A stretch of DNA of 64,000 nt from a virus. The notes beneath the pieces were generated by a model. That model was not told the DNA's origin, made no database searches, and saw only the letters and a list, made by a program, of their open reading frames with translations. Position numbers and translations under genes: made by a program. The DNA is taken from the IMG/VR virus record IMGVR_UViG_3300036766_000889, one strand, 5' to 3'. Shown piece after piece: positions 38,236-45,989 of the stretch (position 1 is the first letter of the stretch; each line of letters begins with the position of its first letter).

Positions 38236-38308
38236 TACGGGGTGCGGGACTCGAACCCGCCTCAAACTGCCGTGTAAAAGCAGCGCACTCCCTGAATGCG
38301 AACCCCGC
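38236..38308 (-). tRNA. tRNA-Val(TAC)
   Basis: Cloverleaf. Confidence 0.9.
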
Positions 38309-38397
38309 ATAATTATTTCACAACGCGACTTGTTTTCCACAACGTTTACATCGGGCGTCAGGTTCGCCACGTCGTTTCCACCAGTCACGAATTCCAT

Positions 38398-39114
38398 TCA
38401 TGGAATACTAACCTCTCTTGCGTGCCGTTCTTGATTTCGTTTGGAACGCTCTGTCTCAAGTGAACCAATCACATGTTCAAGAATCTTTGCGACAGTTGCA
38501 TAGGATCCGACCTCACAAACGAACGACATCATGCCGTCTTCGTAAACCTTGAAGGTTTCTTCGGGCAGCCCAAGCATGTCGATTCCTTCGCAATACACAC
38601 TTTTGTGGCTGCCAGCCCGGTAAATGCGGCCGTCTTTTCTTATGATGGTGCCGGATGCCCAGTTTTTGTTGTACCACTCATCCGACCCATCGGGCGGCTT
38701 CTCTTTTTTCGTATAACCAACATAACGTTCAACTTCGGCCGCGTACTTCTCTGGGCTCCATTCCGAGTACATCACATGATAGGGGATGTGGATTGGAGAG
38801 TCCGAAATCACCACGACCTTGATATTGTAGAAGTTGTCTCGGATGAAGCAATAGGCCGATACTTGATTGTATGGCGTGAACCTGAAGCAGGAGACCGGAA
38901 GTCCTACTGATTTACTAGTTTGTGTCCCTACAATTCTTGGTGGGTACACTTCATCCTGACTGTAGTTAGGAAGGATGGCCGCCACACCACCAATTTTTAG
39001 GATCTGGTTTTCTACACCACTCCTATAGATCAGATCTTCATCTGGCGCGTTTGTACTGCCCCAGGTTTTGAGGTCGATGCCGTTGGCATAAATTGCGTTT
39101 AGTTCTTGCATCAC
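38398..39114 (-). CDS. hypothetical protein
   Basis: VGTQTSKSVGLPV motif; coupled to the upstream HD gene. Confidence 0.65.
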   Translation of the reverse strand: MMQELNAIYANGIDLKTWGSTNAPDEDLIYRSGVENQILKIGGVAAILPNYSQDEVYPPRIVGTQTSKSVGLPVSCFRFTPYNQVSAYCFIRDNFYNIKVVVISDSPIHIPYHVMYSEWSPEKYAAEVERYVGYTKKEKPPDGSDEWYNKNWASGTIIRKDGRIYRAGSHKSVYCEGIDMLGLPEETFKVYEDGMMSFVCEVGSYATVAKILEHVIGSLETERSKRNQERHAREVSIP

Positions 39115-39866
39115 AGAGCAGCCAGGTACACGTCAAAGGAAGCATTTCGAGGAAGTTCACCCGCCTCTACACGTGCTTTCAATTCTGTCATTATGATACC
39201 AAGTTCACGACCAGGCGGTAGGCCGAGATGAGCACCTAAAGCATCACCGAGACCTTTTGGTAGGGCTGGAGGCTTTGAATCAGCTAACCGTAAAAACTCC
39301 ATACGTACTTTAAGACCGTCAACTCGAGAAAGTTGAGCCATACGTTTCGCAGGATGCTTAGTTGTGCAGTCTGCTTCGGCTACTGCTAACACAGAATCAG
39401 CCGCAGGTCCAAGTTCAAGGATCAATCGACGTACCGCTGAATCAGTCCAATCAGGATTGTACGCTTCAACCCTGCCAAGATACCTAATGATAAACTCGAT
39501 ATCTTTTATTTCTGATTCATTAAGCAGAAAACCAAGCCGACTAGCGTCTTTCTCAAACAATTCTGCACCGACAAGTTCATGTACAGGGAAACCGATTTCA
39601 CCATTGGGGTATAGACGAAATGTACGTGGTTTTCCTACATCATGATACAACGCAGCTAGTCGCAAGATAAAAGACGGGCGCGTCTGTTTTACCACCTGTT
39701 TGGTGTGTGCCCATAGATCCTTGTGACCGGTATTTGACCCACCGAACCCGACCAGCCCTTGTACAGCTGGGAACAGTTGCGTTATGTCACCGTTCTCCTG
39801 CAGAGCTTCAAGTTTGACATCTACATCATCACTGATGAGAATTTCATATAGTTCATGTCTATTCAT
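39111..39866 (-). CDS. stand-alone HD domain of CCA-adding enzyme type (start revised to ATG 39866)
   Basis: HKDLWAHT, LRLAALYHDVGKPRT, HELVGA, WTDSAVRRL, ADCTT, LG..PG.ELG; no nucleotidyltransferase DxD domain. Confidence 0.8.
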   Translation of the reverse strand: MNRHELYEILISDDVDVKLEALQENGDITQLFPAVQGLVGFGGSNTGHKDLWAHTKQVVKQTRPSFILRLAALYHDVGKPRTFRLYPNGEIGFPVHELVGAELFEKDASRLGFLLNESEIKDIEFIIRYLGRVEAYNPDWTDSAVRRLILELGPAADSVLAVAEADCTTKHPAKRMAQLSRVDGLKVRMEFLRLADSKPPALPKGLGDALGAHLGLPPGRELGIIMTELKARVEAGELPRNASFDVYLAAL

Positions 39867-39907
39867 GGTGAAAACACTACGTTCGGTACAGGGAAATTTA
39901 CACTCTG

Positions 39908-39976
39908 TGCCACCGGACGTAATCGAAACGTCACCGACGCCCATATGAAAGGCGCGTTCTTCCTAAGATCGATGGC
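39908..39976 (-). tRNA. tRNA with CAT anticodon (Ile2 or Met), reduced D-arm
   Basis: GCCATCG/CGGTGGC acceptor; CGCCT-TTCATAT-GGGCG; GACGT-TTCGATT-ACGTC. Confidence 0.7.
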
Positions 39977-39979
39977 TTG

Positions 39980-40051
39980 TACCCTCGGCAAGACTCGAAC
40001 TTGCATGTACTTCGTTCGTAGCGAAGTGCCCATCCTTTGGACCACGAGGGT
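39980..40051 (-). tRNA. tRNA-Arg(ACG)
   Basis: Cloverleaf. Confidence 0.9.
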
Positions 40052-40066
40052 ATGAATTAAACGGAC

Positions 40067-40140
40067 GGTGATCACGGCGGGACTCGAACCCGCATCAGCC
40101 AGCTTCGGAGGCTGGTGCCCTTCCTTTAGGCGTCGTGACC
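40067..40140 (-). tRNA. tRNA-Arg(CCG)
   Basis: Cloverleaf. Confidence 0.9.
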
Positions 40141-40214
40141 TGGTGCCCGCGAGAGGATTTTCACCCCTATCAACTACTTAATTGGTAGACGTGCTAGAAT
40201 TGCACCACGCGGAC
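40141..40214 (-). tRNA. atypical tRNA (loop CAATTAA, nominal ATT), identity undetermined
   Basis: Intact acceptor stem and CCA; A33; T-loop TGAAAAT. Confidence 0.55.
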
Positions 40215-40218
40215 TTAG

Positions 40219-40291
40219 CACCCCCGGCAGGAATCGAACCTACATAGTTCCGCTTAGAAGGCGGACGCCTGATCCATTAGACTACGGGGGC
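40219..40291 (-). tRNA. tRNA-Arg(TCT)
   Basis: Cloverleaf. Confidence 0.92.
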
Positions 40292-40300
40292 AAGATATTC

Positions 40301-40371
40301 GGAGACCCGCGATAGATTTGAACTATCTTAATTAGTTTTGCAGACTAACCGCCTCACCTGAGGAACGGGTC
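40301..40371 (-). tRNA. tRNA-Cys(GCA), minimal D-arm
   Basis: U73; D-arm CCTC-AGGT-GAGG. Confidence 0.85.
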
Positions 40372-40388
40372 ATATTTTTGAATCTTCC

Positions 40389-40559
40389 TGTCCATTCACC
40401 AAACGCGTCGACTTAAGTTTACACTCGGGCCAATTGAAACGGATCCAACATGATTCCCCAAGACCATCTCGGTGCCGATGCCAGCCTTGCTTCCAAAGAT
40501 GCCAAGGCAGACGTGGGTATAACAACTGGACCGAGCCACTCAACTCAACGGAACGAACA
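40389..40559 (-). ncRNA. 6S RNA-like rod with central bubble
   Basis: Long interrupted closing helix, unpaired TTATACCCAC, apical hairpin; about 170 nt. Confidence 0.55.
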
Positions 40560-40590
40560 CCTTTAACCATCACCATCGAACTATCCCCAT

Positions 40591-40982
40591 TGTGGACTCG
40601 TGCGGAATCGAACCGCAGTCCTACAAGACTAACGAGCAGCTTCTACGTGTGTATCTGGAGTTCCGAGTGTTAATAAGCACCCCGGTGTCCCAGCCTCCAT
40701 GCTTTGGGGCGCGACAGGTTTCCCTGCTTTGCCTCCACCATCTGTCTGTAAAGTGAACTTCCCACAGCCGTCAGAACGCCGTGGCACAGGTTGCTTTTAA
40801 TCACGCCGCACGGAGTCGATGGCAACTACCTACTCCGTGCAACGGTTTCACGCGGCCTTTAGGACCGGTGCAACATATGCGTTGTCGTTCGCACTTACGT
40901 TGGTCTCTTGATAACCCGGCCTGAAGACCATCCGGGACACGCTGCTACTTATATCATCTCGCAGTCGAAACCTTTCGAGCCC
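40591..40982 (-). ncRNA. ssrA: tmRNA; tag (A)ANDNAYVAPVLKAA* at 40848-40892
   Basis: 5' GGGCTCGAAAGGTTTCGAC, 3' GGTTCGATTCCGCACGAGTCCA; G3-U70 pair; resume site after TAAGT. Confidence 0.95.
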
Positions 40983-41033
40983 GTATAACAGAACAATTAA
41001 GTTAACAAAAGTACAATCAAACCAAGTAAACCA

Positions 41034-41213
41034 TCAATCTTCGTTATGCCCGATGAGTGGTGATTTACCTGGACAAAGGCAGTGATACTTGATGAAATCA
41101 CAAACAGGGCAAGGCTCTACGCCTAGCAATTGAGCCAAGAACCGAATATGATCCGGGTTATCGGCCGCAGCACGAGCTAGGATCTCAATGGCTTCGTACG
41201 ACGAAATTTTCAT
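41034..41213 (-). CDS. small Cys-containing protein
   Basis: MKISSYE...CPVC..HCLC. Confidence 0.45.
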   Translation of the reverse strand: MKISSYEAIEILARAAADNPDHIRFLAQLLGVEPCPVCDFIKYHCLCPGKSPLIGHNED

Positions 41214-41229
41214 TTCTATCCTACAGATC

Positions 41230-41302
41230 GGTGCGAGCGGAGAGAATCGAACTCTCACTTACGGTTTGGAAGACCATCGTGCGACCATCACACCGCGCTC
41301 GC
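41230..41302 (-). tRNA. tRNA-Gly(TCC)
   Basis: Cloverleaf; A73. Confidence 0.9.
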
Positions 41303-41399
41303 TTTTTGTTTTCGTCCCAGTGCAACTTACCGTGGCAATTTGCGCAAAGCACCAAGTCCTGCTTGGAAGGCTGATGCCAGGCCATTAGACGTCGCTCGC
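41303..41399 (-). pseudogene. 5' half of tRNA-Gly(TCC) fused to an HNH C-terminal remnant
   Basis: GCGAGCG..CTTCCAA followed by a frame reading VLCANCHGKLHWDENK. Confidence 0.7.
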
Positions 41400-41429
41400 G
41401 AAAATTACACTAGCGGAATTGAAATGAAA

Positions 41430-41834
41430 TTATGTTTTTGGACCTGTTCCGAAATAGGGTGTTGCAAACCCGCCTTTGATCAATTCTTGGTTAGCGTTAA
41501 ACTCAGGTTGATCAGGCGGGGTCACGAAAATGTCTGCTAAATACCGTCCATATTTATCGGGTTTGTAACTAACAATTCGAATGGTCCCCGTATCAAGCAA
41601 ACGAGACAACTCTGTTGACGAAGCCAAACCCGCTTGCTTCGTCACCCCGACGACTTCAGGAGTATTAATCCCATACAAACGAAATTCAACGATTGCTTCT
41701 TTAAGTAAAATAACAGAGTCTAGGATATTGAATCCAAAATCAACTGGAAGGGTAAATGTCTTACTCAGTTTCAAATAGACTGTATCACCGTCTACGACTC
41801 GATGGACTGTGGCCTGATATTCATATTGTTTCAT
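41430..41834 (-). CDS. thermonuclease (SNase) family nuclease
   Basis: RVVDGDT, RLYGINTPE, DKYGRYLA. Confidence 0.9.
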   Translation of the reverse strand: MKQYEYQATVHRVVDGDTVYLKLSKTFTLPVDFGFNILDSVILLKEAIVEFRLYGINTPEVVGVTKQAGLASSTELSRLLDTGTIRIVSYKPDKYGRYLADIFVTPPDQPEFNANQELIKGGFATPYFGTGPKT

Positions 41835-41867
41835 ATACCTACCGTACCAACTTCATAATCGGTTTAG

Positions 41868-41938
41868 GGCCCTATGACAGAATCGAACTGTCCTAACGTG
41901 CTTACAAAACACGGACATCACCACAATGTTTATAGGGC
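41868..41938 (-). tRNA. tRNA-Thr(TGT)
   Basis: Cloverleaf. Confidence 0.88.
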
Positions 41939-41983
41939 AAGCATACGTCACAAATTGACGGTTTAAATCATATCCCGGTATAG

Positions 41984-42052
41984 TGGAGAGACCGGGAATT
42001 GAACCCGGCGCGGTCGGTTTGCAAGACCAACCTCCGCCCCAGCGGCCTCCCC
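41984..42052 (-). tRNA. tRNA-Ala(TGC), minimal D-arm
   Basis: G3-U70, A73; D-arm CCGC-TGGG-GCGG. Confidence 0.8.
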
Positions 42053-42080
42053 GAAATTTTTATCGAGTGTCTAAAGGTGT

Positions 42081-42365
42081 ATGATGAAACCACTAGAAGC
42101 CCTAGACAGTGCGATAAGTTATGGTCTCAGGCACCATCAATTCAATCGACGTGGAGTGTATGGAAAAACTCCCGGAGCAGTCATCGGACGAATTGGTGAC
42201 GAAGCTCGAGAAGCTTTATCCAAACTCACATCTGATGAATTAGCTGGTGTGCGTATTGAAAAAGATGAAGTAGGTAGTGATGATTATTTCGCGGATCTTG
42301 AGGTCCGGAAACTCAAGATAGCTTTTGATCAAAAATGCAAGTATCGTGTTACACGACCTTCATAG
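42081..42365 (+). CDS. hypothetical protein, antisense insertion in the tRNA array
   Basis: 94-aa ORF between tRNAs. Confidence 0.45.
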   Translation: MMKPLEALDSAISYGLRHHQFNRRGVYGKTPGAVIGRIGDEAREALSKLTSDELAGVRIEKDEVGSDDYFADLEVRKLKIAFDQKCKYRVTRPS

Positions 42366-42436
42366 GGCCCGCACCGCGAATTGAACGCGGGTCTCGATCT
42401 TACCGGGATCGAATACTACCATTGTACTATGCGGGC
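42366..42436 (-). tRNA. tRNA-Thr(GGT)
   Basis: Cloverleaf; C33. Confidence 0.88.
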
Positions 42437-42443
42437 AAACTAG

Positions 42444-42516
42444 AGCCCCTGATCGGGATCGAACCGACCTAGCCCTCCTTACGAAAGAGGTACCTCTCCA
42501 TTGAGGTGACAGGGGC
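42444..42516 (-). tRNA. tRNA-Thr(CGT)
   Basis: Cloverleaf. Confidence 0.88.
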
Positions 42517-42519
42517 ATC

Positions 42520-42592
42520 GGTGGAGATCCGGAGAATCGAACTCCGATTTCTAGCTTGCAAGGCTAGCACACGCCCGTTGTGTTAGATCCCC
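42520..42592 (-). tRNA. tRNA-Ala(TGC)
   Basis: G3-U70. Confidence 0.9.
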
Positions 42593-42601
42593 ATGATACA
42601 G

Positions 42602-42673
42602 TGGACGTGGCTGGAATCGAACCAGCGGCTTCCTGCGAGTCATGCAGGCACTCGGCCTCTGAGCTACACGTCC
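42602..42673 (-). tRNA. tRNA-Val(GAC)
   Basis: Anticodon loop ATGACTC. Confidence 0.88.
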
Positions 42674-42681
42674 GTATAAAT

Positions 42682-42757
42682 TGGTAGGCCGTGAGGGGAT
42701 CGAACCCTCTCCTGTCGCTTATAAGGCGACTGCACTGAACCACTGTGCTAACGGCCC
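42682..42757 (-). tRNA. tRNA-Ile(TAT)
   Basis: GTCGC-CTTATAA-GCGAC; CCA. Confidence 0.9.
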
Positions 42758-42761
42758 ATAA

Positions 42762-42950
42762 CTATTTCGAAGACTTGATCAATTCCGTGATTCGCATGTG
42801 CTGAAGAGTCAAAATCGCGGCTATCTGTGCTTGCGTCATGCTACCAATGACATCTAGCGCAGACTGAAACAAATCTATGGACGGATGTCCCTTGTCCAGC
42901 AAAGAAGCTATGTATCGTTTGATCACAATCTGCTCTTCTTCGTATTCCAT
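42762..42950 (-). CDS. small hypothetical protein
   Basis: AGGAGG SD upstream. Confidence 0.55.
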   Translation of the reverse strand: MEYEEEQIVIKRYIASLLDKGHPSIDLFQSALDVIGSMTQAQIAAILTLQHMRITELIKSSK

Positions 42951-43014
42951 GATTCCTCCTATGCTATGCTACAAAACCGGTCCATGCAGAGATAATCGAA
43001 CTCCCATAGTTCGC

Positions 43015-43569
43015 CTATAACAACAAACGTCTGGACTCCAGGCTACTCTCCGAAGACTCTCGATCGGCTAACTCATGCAACTCGCCATGACAGTTGGCGC
43101 AGACCAGCATGGTCTTATCCAATTCCAGCTTCAACTTAGCCCAGCCTGATACCGATCTTGTTGCTACCGTGAAATCCTTACTTGCTGGATCCGTATGGTG
43201 GAAAACCATCGAACGAAGACACTTATCATAACCGCAGCGACAACATACCCCGCCTTTATAGGCGACGGCCATGGCTTTGAGCGATGTTCGTTTTCGGTTG
43301 GCTACGCAAGAGTTGCAGAAAACCCTGGTGGCCCCGCGCCTTGCGCTTCGCAAATAACTATATTTGCGAAAACAGCTGGTGCACCTAATTTCTACAGGCT
43401 TCCGGGTATGCCTAGATCCAGGCAAAATTGGCCGCGAATTTCTGGAACCGTAGGGAGAGCAGGTAAAGCAATACTTCCTCTTGGAAAGAGCCATCCGCCT
43501 TCCGTTTATAATTACCGTGGCTGGTATTTCAACGTCGCAAGCCAAGCACCGCTTAGTGGTAGTAGACAT
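43015..43569 (-). CDS. HNH homing endonuclease
   Basis: KGGVCCRCGY...FHH...ELDK..LVCANCH. Confidence 0.85.
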   Translation of the reverse strand: MSTTTKRCLACDVEIPATVIINGRRMALSKRKYCFTCSPYGSRNSRPILPGSRHTRKPVEIRCTSCFRKYSYLRSARRGATRVFCNSCVANRKRTSLKAMAVAYKGGVCCRCGYDKCLRSMVFHHTDPASKDFTVATRSVSGWAKLKLELDKTMLVCANCHGELHELADRESSESSLESRRLLL

Positions 43570-43631
43570 AACGCCATATCATACCATAAGACGAGCGCAT
43601 TAGAAAAGCCAGGACGACCTCAAGCCAGCGT

Positions 43632-43705
43632 TGGTTGGCCCGGAGGGAATTGAACCCTCGCCGCCCGCTTATCAAGCGGATGCACGACCTTCGTGCTGCG
43701 GGCCA
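43632..43705 (-). tRNA. tRNA-Ile(GAT)
   Basis: Cloverleaf; CCA. Confidence 0.92.
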
Positions 43706-43737
43706 ATGACATCCCCTTCCACTAGACGATGCGTGGA

Positions 43738-43814
43738 TGGTGCTCCAGGCAGGACTCGAACCTGCATAAAAGCCGCTTTAGGAAAGCGGTGCCCATCCTT
43801 TGGACCACTGGAGC
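43738..43814 (-). tRNA. tRNA-Arg(CCT)
   Basis: Cloverleaf; CCA. Confidence 0.92.
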
Positions 43815-43816
43815 AT

Positions 43817-43893
43817 TGGGTTACATGGCGGGAATCGAACCCAGCTAACACCTGATCCACAATCAGGCCGCTATCCATTAGCGTTCATGCAAC
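43817..43893 (-). tRNA. tRNA-His(GTG)
   Basis: G-1:C73; CCA. Confidence 0.88.
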
Positions 43894-43998
43894 ATAACAC
43901 AGTTTAGGGCCCTTGCGAGGGGTCAATCTCTTACGAGATTCTGCTTCCCGTCACTACAAAGTTTGGCTTTGCGTTTCACCAAGAGTCCCATCCTGTGC

Positions 43999-44074
43999 GG
44001 TCGGAGTGACTGGAATCGAACCAGCTCAATCTCTTGCTCCCGAAGCAAGCGGGCAGCCATTACCCCACACTCCG
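43999..44074 (-). tRNA. tRNA-Pro(CGG)
   Basis: Cloverleaf. Confidence 0.9.
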
Positions 44075-44191
44075 TAAAAGAAGACCCCTGATAGCACTCT
44101 ATGGCTTGCTGTACCCGTGAGAGATGGGCCGACGTGCAAACCGAGTAATCTACCGTTTCTCAATCCCTGCCGGGGTCACCGCAGGAAACAG

Positions 44192-44263
44192 TCGAGGTGG
44201 CAAGAATCGAACTTGCGATCTCTGCATCCCAAATGCAGCGCCATTCCACTTGGCTACACCTCG
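44192..44263 (-). tRNA. tRNA-Pro(TGG)
   Basis: Cloverleaf. Confidence 0.92.
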
Positions 44264-44369
44264 ATAAGGGCTGCCGAAGAAGGCGTATCCTTCAGCTTAG
44301 TAGCTTTGCCCTAGCTAGCGTGTCTTTCAGCACGCGACTGGACGCCAGCCAGTCTGACCGTTGCCGGTC

Positions 44370-44456
44370 GGCGGAAGACGGAGGACATGCTCCCCAGACG
44401 CTTGCGCGTCCCCTTGGATTAGCAATCCAGGATGATCCTTGATCATTTCGTCTTCC
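44370..44456 (-). tRNA. tRNA-Ser(GCT) with 8/4 fold
   Basis: Acceptor GGAAGACG/CGTCTTCC; T-stem GGGG/CCTC; long variable arm; G73. Confidence 0.8.
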
Positions 44457-44482
44457 AAATTGTCACAGCTCTTTGTTGATTA

Positions 44483-44680
44483 TCAGCGACGATGAAAAGC
44501 CACGATGAGAAGGATCACTCCATCCTTGTCTTGGTAGCGCCATTCCCCGCGATGCTTTTCGTACCGCTCCAGGCTACCCAAAAGACCACGGGCTTGATTC
44601 CTGGTTAGATCAAACCACGGTCCCCATGATTTGGAGCCGTGGAAGCGACAAGCGGTGTACTCGATCCATCCGTGTTCCAT
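44483..44680 (-). CDS. small hypothetical protein
   Basis: 65-aa ORF between tRNAs. Confidence 0.45.
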   Translation of the reverse strand: MEHGWIEYTACRFHGSKSWGPWFDLTRNQARGLLGSLERYEKHRGEWRYQDKDGVILLIVAFHRR

Positions 44681-44716
44681 GACCTAAAGACGTTTGCCTT
44701 TTAGCCAACTGACACA

Positions 44717-44819
44717 TGGCGGAGAAAATAGGAGTCAGCGGAAACCGGACGAGAACGCCATGCCTTGCGGCACACACCATTTTCGAGATGGGTCTTGCTC
44801 CTCAGCAAGTTCAGTTTCC
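44717..44819 (-). pseudogene. 8/4 tRNA-Ser(CGA) with shortened T-loop, plus an orphan tRNA 3' end
   Basis: GGAAACTG/CGGTTTCC; T-arm GGCG-TTCT-CGTC; followed by GACTCCTATTTTCTCCGCCA. Confidence 0.65.
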
Positions 44820-44848
44820 AGAGAGCGGGACCATTCAAGGTCGAACTC

Positions 44849-44970
44849 TGTCTTGCTCCTGCAAGTTCCGTTTCCAATCAGAAATCGTACCGCCCAAGGT
44901 CGAACTCTTGTCTTGCTCCTGCAAGTTCCGTTTCCAATCAGAAATCGTACCGCCCAAGGTCGAACTCTTG
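44849..44970. repeat. exact 60-bp tandem duplication containing tRNA-Ser 5' fragments
   Basis: Identical sequence at period 60; minus strand GGAAACGGAACTTGCAGGAGCAAGAC resembles the tRNA-Ser(CGA) 5' end. Confidence 0.9.
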
Positions 44971-45145
44971 CGGGTTCGATCGTTTCCGATCCGGTTTTTT
45001 AACCAGGCAATGTGCAGGGCTGGTGTTGCTTGCGTTTTACCATTACCATTCTTTGCTGAGTCCAACTCCTGTTTCCAGTACAACTCCTGTTTCCGGTATA
45101 GTTCACTTTCCATTTCGTTCATAATTCACCTCATGGATAATACAG

Positions 45146-45228
45146 CGGAAGACGCCGGAATCGAACCGACTCAGCCTTGCGGCCTTATTTGCTTTCCAAG
45201 CAAACTCCTGACCATTCGGATGTCTTCC
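45146..45228 (-). tRNA. tRNA-Ser(GGA)
   Basis: Long variable arm; G73. Confidence 0.88.
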
Positions 45229-45233
45229 GGTAG

Positions 45234-45317
45234 CGGAGAAGGCGAGAATCGAACTCGCTCAGCCTTTTGGGCCTTATCGGTATTCAAAGCCGACTCCTGA
45301 CCATTCGGGTCTTCTCC
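45234..45317 (-). tRNA. tRNA-Ser(TGA)
   Basis: Long variable arm; G73. Confidence 0.88.
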
Positions 45318-45354
45318 AACTCGTTACACCGTTCTCTGAGAGTTTGTTCTCCGT

Positions 45355-45534
45355 TCATGCAAGTGTGACTAACTTCCAACCGATACCTTCATCCATCATG
45401 TCAGTATTTGCTATATAAATATCAGAATTTGGAGATTCAACGTCTTCCATAACAGCAGTTCGATGTTCATGACTCAGTTTCAATACGCGCCATAACTTTC
45501 CTTTGCGTTCCCAAACTTCATTTACTTGAGGCAT
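45355..45534 (-). CDS. 59-aa hypothetical protein, not in the ORF track
   Basis: MPQVNEVWERKGKLWRVLK... fills the inter-tRNA gap. Confidence 0.5.
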   Translation of the reverse strand: MPQVNEVWERKGKLWRVLKLSHEHRTAVMEDVESPNSDIYIANTDMMDEGIGWKLVTLA

Positions 45535-45574
45535 GTTTGAACTCTACCGCGTAAGCCACAGACAGTACACTTAG

Positions 45575-45646
45575 CGTCCCGTATCGGAATCGAACCGATG
45601 TTCCCTGACTGAGAATCAGGTTGCCTGGCCTCTAGCAGAACGGGAC
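45575..45646 (-). tRNA. tRNA-Glu(CTC)
   Basis: Cloverleaf. Confidence 0.9.
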
Positions 45647-45647
45647 A

Positions 45648-45724
45648 TGGCGGGACCGACGAGAATCGAACTCGCCTCGACCTGGCGTGACAAGCCAGCG
45701 GCGTCTCCAGACGCCTCCGATCCC
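45648..45724 (-). tRNA. tRNA-Asp(GTC)
   Basis: Cloverleaf; G73; CCA. Confidence 0.9.
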
Positions 45725-45829
45725 AAAAGCCGACCGCGACCAACGGAAGTTGTTGATCCGCTGACCAGTGATTCATCGTGCGCACGAACGCCACGGCCAC
45801 GGCGTGTCTTGGCTAGCTAGACCTTCGAC

Positions 45830-45903
45830 TGGTTCGGGCGGAGAGGATCGAACTCCCATAGAAGGTATCAAAAACCTTCGTCTTTCCATTAGACGACGCC
45901 CGA
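45830..45903 (-). tRNA. tRNA-Gln(TTG)
   Basis: U1-A72; CCA. Confidence 0.88.
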
Positions 45904-45910
45904 ATAACAC

Positions 45911-45983
45911 GGCAGGGGTAGAGGGAATCGAACCCACGTTGACTGCTTCAGAAACAGCTGCCAAACCACTTGGCGATACCCCA
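45911..45983 (-). tRNA. tRNA-Gln(CTG)
   Basis: Cloverleaf. Confidence 0.9.
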
Positions 45984-45989
45984 ACGAAG

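Noticed and set aside
39867-39944. Upstream start for the HD protein given by the ORF track
   Set aside because: Overlaps the CAT tRNA; ATG 39866 is more plausible
43899-43997. c-di-GMP-I riboswitch
   Set aside because: Only ACGCAAAGCC matches; the GGCAAAC/GAAA P2 arm and a downstream gene are missing
44849-44970. CRISPR or coding repeat
   Set aside because: Exact duplication with no unique spacers; made of tRNA-Ser fragments; the overlapping ORFs are incidental
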